Shown piece after piece: positions 9,448 to 19,361 of a stretch of DNA of 64,000 bases. Source of the stretch: an uncultured Candidatus Saccharibacteria bacterium. Its GTDB lineage: Bacteria > Patescibacteriota > Andersenbacteria > UBA10190. The stretch covers positions 44-64,043 of the forward strand of contig CAYJQW010000005.1 of the NCBI GenBank assembly GCA_964372635.1, in the 5' to 3' direction. The stretch's first letter is position 1, and each line of letters opens with the position of its first letter. Position numbers and translations under genes: made by a program. The notes under the pieces are model-generated. The model saw only the letters and a program-made list of their open reading frames with translations, searched no databases and was not told the DNA's origin.

Positions 9448-11226
9448 ATGACCTATTTGCCGCGCGCTTTTTTTCTAGGCTTAAGCCTTGTTACTTTGTT
9501 ATCTGCCTCTATCCCACTGGTACCAATTCAGGCCGAAAGTACTGATGAGAATGTATATCTCGTTGTTGAATTAAAAGATACTACGAATGATCCGACAACC
9601 GATAAAGTTTTACGCCGACAATTAAGAGACGTCCGAAGTCTAAGTGACCGTTTGCCGCGCAACTATATAGCCGATGGAAAAAAATTGCGCACGCAAGATT
9701 TACGTCGCTGGCGAGTTGTTGCAGTACCAAGCAGCCGTGCCGATGTTTTACTAGCTGAGCTAAAAGCCAATCCAGCCGTCATTTCAGTTCGCCGCGAAAA
9801 TATCTATCAAACAACTCAATTAACTAACGATCCATTGCTGCCGCAGCAATATGCGCTGAGTGGTAGTCCTGGTATTTCTGTTCAAGCGACATCGGCCTGG
9901 GATAAAACGACAGGGTCGGGTAATACCGTTATAGCGATTATTGACGGCGGGGTCGATCTAACTCATGAAGATTTGATGGGAAAAATTTGGAAAAATCCTA
10001 AGGAAAGTCAAAACGGTCGGGATGATGATGGTAACGGCTTCATTGATGACATCTATGGCTGGGATTTTGTCACAAACCAGCCGGTCAGTTATGCGCACAA
10101 GCACGGCACACACGTGGCGGGCATTGCCGCCGCCAGTGGTAATAACGGCAAAGGTATATCTGGCGTGAATCACGGAGCGCGAATAATGTCTGTGCGGGTT
10201 TTAAACCAGTCTGGACTTGGTCGTGAAGAATGGATCGTTCGCGGAATCGAATACGCCGTGGCTAATGGTGCTAAAATTATTAATCTTAGTATTGCCGGCT
10301 CAGTTTCGGCACCTATGTTAGATGCCATTGAACAAGCTTATGCAAATAATGTCTTGGTTGTAGCCGCAGCCGGCAATAGTGGTCTTGATACAACTTTGCG
10401 CAAAGTATATCCGGTTTGTGCTGATCGTAATGGTATCAATATGGTCCTTGGTGTTGGGGCCACCAATAGTAAAGGTGAGCCGGCGCGTTTTAGTAATTAT
10501 GGAAGTTGTGTTGATGTTTCTGCTCCCGGGGATGATATATTAAGTACAACGCCGGGTAACCGCTATCAAGAAATGAGCGGTACTTCTATGAGTTCACCCT
10601 TGGCGGCCGGCATCGCCGGTTTATACCTGGCACAAAACCCAGGAGCGAGCCCAAGCCAGGTAATCGGGCGTTTGCGCGATTCGCTTGATTCATTTTCGGG
10701 TAGTAAGGCAGCTCTCTGGAACGCGAGATATAAAGGTAAATTAAATGCTGCCAAAGTGGTTGGTGCGCCGGCAGTGTCGGTGCCCTTGCCGACAATTTCG
10801 CCACAACCTTCTACCTCACCGGCATCTCCGCCAGCTACTCCCCAAGCTAATAATCCGGCAGAATTATCGATTGAGCTAGCTGGTCCCGGTGAAAATAAGC
10901 GCGGCACATCTTTCGTTTATACTATAACTGTTCGCAATAGCGGTGGTAGTTCGGCTACCAATGTTCAAGCGATCGCCGATATTGACCGCGACACTAATTT
11001 TATCTCTGGAGCAGACTGCAGTTTAGATGGCCGTGATGTAGTTTGCAGTCGCAACAGCCTTAGTGCTGGCAGCACCACCAGTTTTGCGATAACCGTGGAC
11101 GTGGCTGATGGTGCGCGTTGTAACTCGTCTTTACGCAGCCGAGCCACTGTCTACATGGATGAAAGAGGACGCAGCCGGCGGCAAGATAATAGCGAACGAC
11201 TAAAAACAACCGTGACTTGCGAATAG
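9448..11226 (+). CDS. Secreted subtilisin-like serine protease (peptidase S8) with Pro-rich linker and C-terminal DUF11-like beta-sandwich domain
   Basis: Catalytic triad blocks AIIDGGVD (Asp), HGTHVAGIAAASGNNG (His) and GTSMSSPLAAGIAGL (Ser). Ca-binding-like DDDGNGFIDD. Linker PQPSTSPASPPATPQ, then TYTITVRNSGGSSATNV (DUF11-like). Confidence 0.85.
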   Translation: MTYLPRAFFLGLSLVTLLSASIPLVPIQAESTDENVYLVVELKDTTNDPTTDKVLRRQLRDVRSLSDRLPRNYIADGKKLRTQDLRRWRVVAVPSSRADVLLAELKANPAVISVRRENIYQTTQLTNDPLLPQQYALSGSPGISVQATSAWDKTTGSGNTVIAIIDGGVDLTHEDLMGKIWKNPKESQNGRDDDGNGFIDDIYGWDFVTNQPVSYAHKHGTHVAGIAAASGNNGKGISGVNHGARIMSVRVLNQSGLGREEWIVRGIEYAVANGAKIINLSIAGSVSAPMLDAIEQAYANNVLVVAAAGNSGLDTTLRKVYPVCADRNGINMVLGVGATNSKGEPARFSNYGSCVDVSAPGDDILSTTPGNRYQEMSGTSMSSPLAAGIAGLYLAQNPGASPSQVIGRLRDSLDSFSGSKAALWNARYKGKLNAAKVVGAPAVSVPLPTISPQPSTSPASPPATPQANNPAELSIELAGPGENKRGTSFVYTITVRNSGGSSATNVQAIADIDRDTNFISGADCSLDGRDVVCSRNSLSAGSTTSFAITVDVADGARCNSSLRSRATVYMDERGRSRRQDNSERLKTTVTCE

Positions 11227-11276
11227 TTTCCTTGTATATAATTAAGCGGATCAAAAACTTCCGCTAGAACAACTGA

Positions 11277-13073
11277 GTGCTACACTTGGAGGATATGGCT
11301 GAACGTATCCCGTCTGAAATGTCCGATCAAGATTCGGTATTAGATGAACCAAGTATTGCCAGCGACGAAGACACAGTTATCGGACAGGGTGACGTTGATA
11401 CAGAATTAGAAAACATAGCCTGGAAATTTACTGGTGAAACGACACTTGGTCTTGCCGAACAACATCAAGAAGCTAATCGCCTTAACAGTTTTCTAACAGA
11501 TAAATCAAATAAATTGTCGCAGCCAGCGCTGGAACGCGCTGATACTTTATTAGACAGACTGCGGGACACACGATGGGATAAGGAGGATTTTAATGCAACC
11601 TTTGGCAGTGAAGCTCGACATGTGGACATGGTATTAAAAAGTCCGGCAGGATTTAACCAAGTTGAAAAAATATTAGAAGATCTAAAAGAACGATCTTTTT
11701 CTGAAGTTTGGCGGGATGCCAAGGAAAGGGTAAGCCATGCCGAAGATATTCGTGCCTTATTAGTGGCTGGCGTTTTGCTCCGTGATGCCAATCGAGCCCA
11801 TGCTAATAGTCCTCGAGATATAGGTCAATTGCCAGATATGGATTCCTATAAAAAACAGCATGATAATCTTGAAACTGTCTTGTTAGGCGATTATATATGC
11901 CGTCTTGCCGAAAGCCATTATTTTCAAGAAGCAGGGGACGAGCAAATCGCGCAGCTAGCTCTAAAAAGAAATGGTGCAGAAGATATTAATCACACTATTG
12001 ATCAATTTCGGCCTTATTTGTTGAGTGAGCGGGTACCAAAAATTGTTAAGCAGAACATAAAGAAAACAGTGGCGACACTTCGTGTTGCCCGCCGGAGTTT
12101 AGAAACAGCAAGAGATGCAATTGATTTAGGGGCAAACAATGCAACAGCCATACCAAAAAGAGGTCAAACTTCTCCTGAAGATATATTTATCACGCCGGGT
12201 AAATTAACAGAGGCTGATGTAGTCGCTGCCACAGCGATGGAACAAGAACAAGCCATGGTTGAACTGACACGTGACTTATCTTATGCGACGCTGCAGAAAT
12301 TGAGTGAACCGGCGCGAACACAGCGTCTGGAAAAATTAATTAATGAGCAGCACAATCCCGATTGGCGGCGAAGACAAGCGCAACAAGAATTGGCTCGATG
12401 GCGAGAAGAAGACATAAATATTGCCTATATAGACTGGATATATCAAGTTGTCCACACCGTATCAATTGAGAGTGGTAATTCAGAAAAACTACAGACATCA
12501 GTCGACAATAATAATTCAGCGAATCGGGAAAAACATCGAAAGAAATATGCGGAACTGATGCAAAATGAATTGGGCTATGGTGATACTTTGCAGGAAGGTG
12601 GCTTCTTAAACAATATAACGTCTAACTGGCTCGAACCCTTGGCAGCCAAAATGCAAATGTTTCGTAACCCGCTCAAGTGGTTTAGCCGTCATGGTCAACA
12701 AGAGCTTCAGGTGGCGCGCCATGATTTAGCTGATACTTATAGACAGGCCGCTGAGTCAGCAGAATCTAATCTGGATGGTATTCAGCGGGAGATATTACGA
12801 GAGCTGGCTGATCGTCTGGAACAAATTACGCTGCGAGAGATGCAGGGTGGATTTGAGCCACAGCGGGATTTAGTGGAGCCTTGGAAACAATTGTTGCCCA
12901 TATTGCCTGATACATCGGTAGAAGAAGACGATGACGATTTGATAATTGACGATGCTGATGAGGCAGAGAATAAGTACCCGGTACCTCCAATGTTGCCGAT
13001 GCCTGATGGCACCTATGAACCAAAGCGGCGGGGGCGCTCTTGGTGGCGAATTATCTTTCCATTTCTAAACTGA
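11277..13073 (+). CDS. Hypothetical acidic cytoplasmic protein (~598 aa; alternative start ATG 11295)
   Basis: Long D/E-rich ORF with no TM and no motif I recognise. A GGAGG lies only 2 nt before ATG 11295; the frame opens at GTG 11277. Confidence 0.45.
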   Translation: MLHLEDMAERIPSEMSDQDSVLDEPSIASDEDTVIGQGDVDTELENIAWKFTGETTLGLAEQHQEANRLNSFLTDKSNKLSQPALERADTLLDRLRDTRWDKEDFNATFGSEARHVDMVLKSPAGFNQVEKILEDLKERSFSEVWRDAKERVSHAEDIRALLVAGVLLRDANRAHANSPRDIGQLPDMDSYKKQHDNLETVLLGDYICRLAESHYFQEAGDEQIAQLALKRNGAEDINHTIDQFRPYLLSERVPKIVKQNIKKTVATLRVARRSLETARDAIDLGANNATAIPKRGQTSPEDIFITPGKLTEADVVAATAMEQEQAMVELTRDLSYATLQKLSEPARTQRLEKLINEQHNPDWRRRQAQQELARWREEDINIAYIDWIYQVVHTVSIESGNSEKLQTSVDNNNSANREKHRKKYAELMQNELGYGDTLQEGGFLNNITSNWLEPLAAKMQMFRNPLKWFSRHGQQELQVARHDLADTYRQAAESAESNLDGIQREILRELADRLEQITLREMQGGFEPQRDLVEPWKQLLPILPDTSVEEDDDDLIIDDADEAENKYPVPPMLPMPDGTYEPKRRGRSWWRIIFPFLN

Positions 13074-13140
13074 TATCATATTTACCAGTTATGAAATTTC
13101 CTCGCCGTGAAGCGTCATTTGTGCGCTATACTACTTTAAT

Positions 13141-13623
13141 ATGGCTTCATTTACCGAACGCTCTCCAAATGAGAAGGAAACATTAATTTTTGATTCACCG
13201 GATAAAGCGCGAGAATTCACTGAAGCAGCCCAGGAAAAGATTTCTAAAGAGAAGCGCAATGGTATGCGGCGTGACCGTGAAATTGTTGCCGAAGCTGTAG
13301 CTAACGAATTTGCACAATCTGGTCACGCTGTTCATTCGCTAAAAAAGCCGTGGCAGCATACCCCAGAAGAGCATGTTGAAGTAGAAGATCTGACTGACTT
13401 GGCATTTTCCAAAGACTTAACGACGGCGCTCCGCAAAGCAAAAGTTAGCCGCCACTATCCGCGCAATCTTGACCTTTTTCACGATGTCTTAACGGGGGAG
13501 CTTTATGAAGCTTTACGTGAGCACAAGCTTCATAAGCAACCCCTGATTGGCTGGACTATACTAACACTCAGTGTGGTTATAATCTTCTTTATCATTTTTC
13601 TACTCGTTCTTCTAACCTTATAA
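13141..13623 (+). CDS. Small tail-anchored membrane protein (160 aa, C-terminal TM) immediately upstream of the VirB4-like ATPase
   Basis: Soluble charged N-terminus, then GWTILTLSVVIIFFIIFLLVLLTL at the extreme C-terminus. Confidence 0.4.
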   Translation: MASFTERSPNEKETLIFDSPDKAREFTEAAQEKISKEKRNGMRRDREIVAEAVANEFAQSGHAVHSLKKPWQHTPEEHVEVEDLTDLAFSKDLTTALRKAKVSRHYPRNLDLFHDVLTGELYEALREHKLHKQPLIGWTILTLSVVIIFFIIFLLVLLTL

Positions 13624-13739
13624 ATAATGAATGGCCCATGTCGAATATATAGGGATAAAGAATAGTAATGATTGGTTCTACTTTGTCCAAACTATTTCTG
13701 CTCGAAGTTTTTCTCCTTGAAACATAGATACTTATCTTC

Positions 13740-16226
13740 ATGTCTTTCTTATTTACTCTAATTTTAATTTTGTCGTCGGTTTTTGCCACGGCCTTGTTCC
13801 TTTGGCTTATTTGGCAGACAATTCGCGAGCATGCCCGCCTGCGACGGACACTGGACATTGTCATGATGCAGGTTATGGTTCCAAAAGACTTAACAAAAGA
13901 AGAACGTGAAGAAGGCGTGGGGCAGGCCATTAAAGAGCGTATTGCGGTGGCAGAACAGTGGTTGTCAACTCTGGCCAATCTGCCAATAAAGTCACTAGAT
14001 CGCCTGATATATGGCCGGCCAATTCTCGTTCTTGAAATAGCCGCTCGTCAGGACGGAGTAATCGCTTTTTATGCTGGTACGGAGAGACGCTTTGCTGATC
14101 ATCTTGAGAAGCAAATTTATGCTTTTTATCCCGAGGCTGAAGTGGCGTTAGTCTCTGACTATACTATTTTTGAGTCAGGGGACACGATGAAATTTGGCTG
14201 GTTGCAATTACAGGAAAAACATCACTTGCCCTTGGCCACATATAAGGAGCTAGAAGCTGATCCGATGCAGGCTATGACAGGGGCACTGGCGAAACTACAA
14301 GATGGTGACGCGGCGGTGATTCAATTTGTCTGTCAAGCTGCGGGTAAAAGAGTTCACAAAAAAGGTCGGCGGGCGGCCCGTAAAACCATGCAAGGCAAGC
14401 AATTTGATGTTAGTGGTAATGGTCTTGGTATTAGATCAATCCGCGATGCCCTCACCAAGACAAAAGATGATAAGGCGGCAGCTGAAGCCCAAGCTGCCAA
14501 GCTGACACCGCGTTCTCAGGAGAGAGTTGAGTTAGTCGAGCAAAAGGTAGCTCAGCAGCAATTTTCTGTTAATATTCGCCTTGGCGTCTCAACAAGGCAA
14601 CCTGAAGATGCGGAACGTGCCTTTAATGCAGTTGTCGGTGCCTTTACTCAATATGATTTGCCAGATCTAAATCGATTGCGGTTACGGACAGTTAAAAAAC
14701 AGTCACCATTCATTCGTAGTTTGATTTTTCGTATCCCGCGTCCAAAAACAGCTAGCGCCTTGTCGACGACAGAGCTCACCTCGCTGTTTCATTTTCCGTT
14801 GCCAACAACGGCCACTCCCAACATTCAATGGCGAGGTGCAAAAAATGCTCCCGTTCCAACCGACATGCCAACTGAAGGGATGTTGCTCGGGCACAATGTT
14901 TATCGCGGCATTAATACACCGGTCTATTTACAAAGTGATGATCGCCGTCGTCACTTGTACCTTATTGGACAGACAGGCACCGGCAAAACCACATTATTTT
15001 TCAATATGATTATTCAAGATATTGTCGCCGGCCATGGGGTTGGTGTGGTTGATCCGCATGGTGACTTAATTGAAGACATTTTACTTCATATTCCAAAGGA
15101 GCGTACCAAGGATGTAATTCTTTTTGATCCGCGAGATACCGAAAGGCCACTCGGTTTCAATATTCTGGAAGCACGCGATCCGGCTCAGAAAGATTTAGTG
15201 GTCAATGAAGTTGTTCAAATCCTGCAGAAACTTGCTGCTCGTCTTAATCCTGAGTCTATTGGACCAATGTTTGAGCACTATTTGCGCAATGCCTTATTGG
15301 CGCTCGCGCAAGATCCCAATGCTACTTTAATTGATGTACCGCGAATGTTTGTTGATGATGGCTTTCGTCAAGCCATATTGAAACTAGAACAAGATCCTAC
15401 CGTCAGGCAGTTCTGGGAAAAAGAATATGCTCAATCGCAACGCGGCCAGATGTCAGCGGATATGTTGAGTTATGTGGTGAGTAAATTAGGGCGTTTTATT
15501 GGTAATGTGGTTGTTCGCAATATAATCGGTCAATCTCATTCTAGCTTTGATGTCCGAGAAGTCATGGATCAACAAAAAATATTATTATGTAACTTATCCA
15601 AGGGCCATCTTGGTGATATCAATGCTGACTTGTTGGGCTTTGTTCTGGTCTCAAAAATACAGATTGCAGCTCTTGGCCGAGCTAATGTGGCGGAAGATAA
15701 ACGTCCTGATTTTTACCTTTACTTAGACGAATTTCAAAACTTTACAACTGATAGTATTTCAACAATTCTTTCCGAAGCTAGGAAATACCGTCTTAACCTC
15801 AATTTGACCCACCAATTTATCCAGCAATTAGAGGAAAATATTCGTGAGGCAGTTTTTGGCAACGTTGGTACAGTGATCAGTTATCGTATTGGTGTTGAAG
15901 ATGCTGAATTTATAGCACCGCAGTTTTCGCCAGTGTTTGCTGAATATGACCTAGTTAATTTGGAGAGGTTTACAGCAGTTGCTCGGCCGTTGGTTAATGG
16001 CACTCCAGCACGATCTTTCAGTTTGCGTATTGCGCCGCCACCGCTAAGTGGTGATCCCGAGACCAGAGAATTAATTCGTGAACAGTCAAAGCAACGCTAT
16101 GGACGCTCCAAGGTTTTGGTTGAGGAAGAAATCATCAAGCGGTTTCAAATTGGTGATCCTAAAGCCGCGCCAAAATCGGGGGCTGGCGGGGACTACTTAA
16201 GTGAGTCTTTGTTCGACATAAAGTGA
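13740..16226 (+). CDS. Membrane-anchored FtsK-HerA superfamily P-loop ATPase, VirB4/TraC-like (828 aa)
   Basis: N-terminal TM. Walker A LYLIGQTGTGKTT is at ~residue 405-415, followed by VGVVDPHGDL. Walker B YLYLDEFQNF is at ~residue 660. Size and Walker A position match VirB4-type ATPases rather than VirD4. Confidence 0.55.
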   Translation: MSFLFTLILILSSVFATALFLWLIWQTIREHARLRRTLDIVMMQVMVPKDLTKEEREEGVGQAIKERIAVAEQWLSTLANLPIKSLDRLIYGRPILVLEIAARQDGVIAFYAGTERRFADHLEKQIYAFYPEAEVALVSDYTIFESGDTMKFGWLQLQEKHHLPLATYKELEADPMQAMTGALAKLQDGDAAVIQFVCQAAGKRVHKKGRRAARKTMQGKQFDVSGNGLGIRSIRDALTKTKDDKAAAEAQAAKLTPRSQERVELVEQKVAQQQFSVNIRLGVSTRQPEDAERAFNAVVGAFTQYDLPDLNRLRLRTVKKQSPFIRSLIFRIPRPKTASALSTTELTSLFHFPLPTTATPNIQWRGAKNAPVPTDMPTEGMLLGHNVYRGINTPVYLQSDDRRRHLYLIGQTGTGKTTLFFNMIIQDIVAGHGVGVVDPHGDLIEDILLHIPKERTKDVILFDPRDTERPLGFNILEARDPAQKDLVVNEVVQILQKLAARLNPESIGPMFEHYLRNALLALAQDPNATLIDVPRMFVDDGFRQAILKLEQDPTVRQFWEKEYAQSQRGQMSADMLSYVVSKLGRFIGNVVVRNIIGQSHSSFDVREVMDQQKILLCNLSKGHLGDINADLLGFVLVSKIQIAALGRANVAEDKRPDFYLYLDEFQNFTTDSISTILSEARKYRLNLNLTHQFIQQLEENIREAVFGNVGTVISYRIGVEDAEFIAPQFSPVFAEYDLVNLERFTAVARPLVNGTPARSFSLRIAPPPLSGDPETRELIREQSKQRYGRSKVLVEEEIIKRFQIGDPKAAPKSGAGGDYLSESLFDIK

Positions 16227-16325
16227 ATGAGTTCTGGATGTTAGAAAGGGGCAATATACTGCAAATGTTGAATTTAATTTTCTAGTACTTGCTCAATCTG
16301 CAGTCCTTGTTACGATGATAATCAT

Positions 16326-17531
16326 ATGAATTATGAAAAAAATGAAGAATCAACGAGTAAACATTCAGCAACTATTGAGCTCAGGTCTGATGTTAAATCG
16401 GATATAGTTAAACCGGTCAGCGGCAGTTTGTTAAAGACAATTAAAGGTCCTCACTATATTGGCTGTATCGGCCTTGTATTAATTCTTATCCTTATTGTTG
16501 TTTTTGGGGTGTATGCAGCTAAGAGAAATGTTACCAAATCAACCGAAGAAAGGACTGATAACGGTATTTTTGGACAATTGCCATTTGCTTCTGAACAGGA
16601 AAAAGTTGCCACGACGAGCGGGTTGTCAGGTAAAACTTGTGATCACCCGACCCGGCGACCAATTGGCGTAATGTTGGCCGGGGATCCGATTAATCGGCCG
16701 ATATCAGGCTTTAGCCAAGCCGATATGGTCTGGGAATTACCAGCCCTAGTCAGTAATGTGACCAGATTATTAGCTGTGTATCAATGTGGTGAGCCGACTG
16801 ATATTGGTTCCGTTCGTTCAGCCCGGCATGATTATCTTTTCTTGGCGGACGGAGTTGATGCCATTATCTCGCATTGGGGGGGTAGTTACCACGCATTAAA
16901 TCGAATCAATGCTGGGGAATTTCAATCATTGGATGCGCTGGTTAATCCCAGTCAGGCATTTTTCCGGAAGTCCAACTTACCGGCGCCGTATAACGGTTTC
17001 ACTACCTATGCCAACCTATGGCGAGCTCTGCAGGACGCTGGTTATAGGACTGAAGCTAATTTCAAGGGATATGAGTTTAAAGATGATATTAATCCAACTG
17101 AGCGGCCGGCCGGCGGCAAGCTATCTATTAATTGGCCAGGACAGTTTCGTGTGCATTATGAATATGATCCACAAACGAATCGATATGTACGTTTTTGGGC
17201 TGGCATCAAGCAAATTGACGCTGCTGATAAACAAGTTGTTGCCCCAAGTGCTGTTGTCGTGATACGTGCCACGAATGAGTTTGCCGATGGTCCTGGTGGA
17301 TATAATGATGTGGGTATCCAAGGCTCAGGCACAGGAACAGTTTTTCAAGATGGCCAGTCGATCAATATCACTTGGTCAAAGAGTACAACTAAGTTTAATG
17401 ATCCTATGATATTTACTAATGCTGCCACCGGCCAACCTGTAATTTTTACGCGTGGACAGGTTTGGATAATGACACCAAGTTCCAACATTGATGTCACCTG
17501 GGAACCATTAGCTACTACAACTTCCCCTTAA
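16326..17531 (+). CDS. Signal-anchored DUF3048 family protein (YerB-like)
   Basis: Single TM, then blocks typical of DUF3048 N- and C-domains (PIGVMLAGDP...RPISGFSQADMVWE...ARHDYLFLADG...ISHWGGS). Confidence 0.55.
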   Translation: MNYEKNEESTSKHSATIELRSDVKSDIVKPVSGSLLKTIKGPHYIGCIGLVLILILIVVFGVYAAKRNVTKSTEERTDNGIFGQLPFASEQEKVATTSGLSGKTCDHPTRRPIGVMLAGDPINRPISGFSQADMVWELPALVSNVTRLLAVYQCGEPTDIGSVRSARHDYLFLADGVDAIISHWGGSYHALNRINAGEFQSLDALVNPSQAFFRKSNLPAPYNGFTTYANLWRALQDAGYRTEANFKGYEFKDDINPTERPAGGKLSINWPGQFRVHYEYDPQTNRYVRFWAGIKQIDAADKQVVAPSAVVVIRATNEFADGPGGYNDVGIQGSGTGTVFQDGQSINITWSKSTTKFNDPMIFTNAATGQPVIFTRGQVWIMTPSSNIDVTWEPLATTTSP

Positions 17532-17617
17532 GCAGAAGACCGGAATATAGTCATTCCCAAAAAAAATCACTCTTAAGTTTATTTGCTTATTAATGCCTGA
17601 TTCACGATGCTTAAGAG

Positions 17618-18547
17618 ATGCAATATTTCTATGGTGAGGATACATATGGTGCCCGGGAAGCAATTGTTAAAACTGCTCATGATAAGAACGCAACCATTGT
17701 TTGGCTAGATCGTGATTCTCTCTTAGATCATGCTTTAACTGACATCTTCTCTGGTCAGACCGGACTCTTTGGTCTAACCTTAACAATTTTTCGTGATCCC
17801 TCAACTCTACCCCAAAATTTATTAGGAGAGTTAGTTGAGTTGATTAAACAAAGCAAAAACGCTAACACCATATTATGGGATCGTACCAAGCCTGATCGGC
17901 GATCCGTGTTTTGGAAAACATGCCAGAAATTTTCCCGGGAGTTTCCAGCTTTATCATCGTTGCAGCTCTGCTCATGGCTTGCCATGTTAGCTAAGAAACA
18001 ACATGGCACTATTGACTTAAAGGCGGCACGACATCTTGTTTCAAGGATCGGCCCAGACCGTTGGCGTCTCTTATCAGAGTTGGACCGGCTATTATTGATC
18101 AATGATAGTGTGACCGAAGAGTTAGTAAAAAAAGAAGTAACCGACCAAACTGTTACCGATATCTTTCCACTTCTTGATTTTTTATCAAACGGAGATCAAA
18201 AAAATGTTATCAAGCATCTTGAGCTGTTGCTCGAGCAAGGGGATAGTGAGCTATATATTCTCTCTATGCTGGCGTATCAGTTTCGGGTTCTGCTCATGGT
18301 GAATTATGGATTACGTTTGGGAAAAAACCTGCGGGAAATTTCAAGTGAAGGAAAGCTTCATCCGTATGTTGTCGAAAAAAATAGTCGGGCGGCCGCAACA
18401 TTCACCAATCAATATCTGCAAGATACCCTCACTAAAATCATGGCTACTGATGTTGCTATAAAACAAGGCAAACTTGATGCCAGAACAGGACTTATTATGC
18501 TCATTTCTGGTCTGCTTAAAGAAAAAGCTCTATTGACTGATCAATAG
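17618..18547 (+). CDS. holA: DNA polymerase III delta subunit
   Basis: N-terminal MQYFYGEDTYGAREAI matches the delta-subunit start pattern. Size is ~310 aa, and holA often neighbours rpsT. Confidence 0.5.
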   Translation: MQYFYGEDTYGAREAIVKTAHDKNATIVWLDRDSLLDHALTDIFSGQTGLFGLTLTIFRDPSTLPQNLLGELVELIKQSKNANTILWDRTKPDRRSVFWKTCQKFSREFPALSSLQLCSWLAMLAKKQHGTIDLKAARHLVSRIGPDRWRLLSELDRLLLINDSVTEELVKKEVTDQTVTDIFPLLDFLSNGDQKNVIKHLELLLEQGDSELYILSMLAYQFRVLLMVNYGLRLGKNLREISSEGKLHPYVVEKNSRAAATFTNQYLQDTLTKIMATDVAIKQGKLDARTGLIMLISGLLKEKALLTDQ

Positions 18548-19031
18548 AGCTAGGGGAAAAGCGCACGGATGACTGGCGATGCGGCAGCTTTCGTCAAATC
18601 GGTTGGTGATCTTTTGACACGGTGTTTGAGCCGCTGAACTGATGGTATTCAGACTGTTCATCATGACAGTGCTCGCGTTACCGTTCTGGTCAACCATGAG
18701 ACCAGGGCCGTTCTATGAGGAGGGAAGGTTGAGTGAGGCTTCCCGAAAACTCCTACGGAAGAACACACGCTTCTTGCGAATGCAGATCCATACAACCGCT
18801 ATGCATCTCATTTTTAGTCTTACTCGCGCAGGACAACACAAGTAAGACTCGCCGGGTCGCGAAATGTGCGAAAAAAAGTGGGCACGCCCGGTAAGGAGTC
18901 AAGCGCCGCAAAATCGCTTACTACCTTCGATGCATACTACCAGTCTTGGCCATTATCATGCCCGTTGCCTCAAGACCGCTATTTTCTGGCCGCGCACGCT
19001 TTAGATAATTATCAAAGAGCAATATAAGATA

Positions 19032-19301
19032 CTATTTTTTTGACATATTCGTCACCGCTTTTTGCAATCGGGATTTTTTTCTGGCCGCCGTATTAGCCGG
19101 CAAAACATGGTGGCGGGCCGCTCGATCAATATTTTTTTGAGCAATCTTGAGCAGTTCAACTGCTGTCTTCACATCACCTAAAGTCACAGCCTGGCGGACG
19201 CTTTTAATACTGGCGCGAAATTTCCGCCGCCATGAATCATTTTTGACTCGTCTTCTTTGGCTGGCCCGGAGAGCTTTCCTTGCTGATTCAGTTTGTGGCA
19301 C
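19032..19301 (-). CDS. rpsT: 30S ribosomal protein S20
   Basis: 89 aa basic protein SARKALRASQRRRVKN...KSVRQAV, characteristic of S20. Confidence 0.85.
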   Translation of the reverse strand: MPQTESARKALRASQRRRVKNDSWRRKFRASIKSVRQAVTLGDVKTAVELLKIAQKNIDRAARHHVLPANTAARKKSRLQKAVTNMSKK

Positions 19302-19361
19302 AGATATCTAAGATGCGTAAATAATTAGTAAAGCCAAGTATGAATGATTGTCCATAAAGTG

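Noticed and set aside
18642-18845. 67-codon ORF in the GC-rich holA-rpsT gap
   Set aside because: No RBS, odd composition (MVFRLFIMTVLALPFW...) and no recognisable domain. I treat the region as a non-coding or RNA candidate instead.
18548-19031. Attempted identification of RNase P RNA, tmRNA or SRP RNA in the GC-rich gap
   Set aside because: Hallmark motifs (GGAAAGUCCGGGC / ACAGAACCCGGCUUA; GGGG...UUCGAC with 3' CCACCA and an ...ALAA tag ORF; GGAAGCAGC) were not found on either strand by eye. I keep it as an unassigned candidate, not a called RNA gene.
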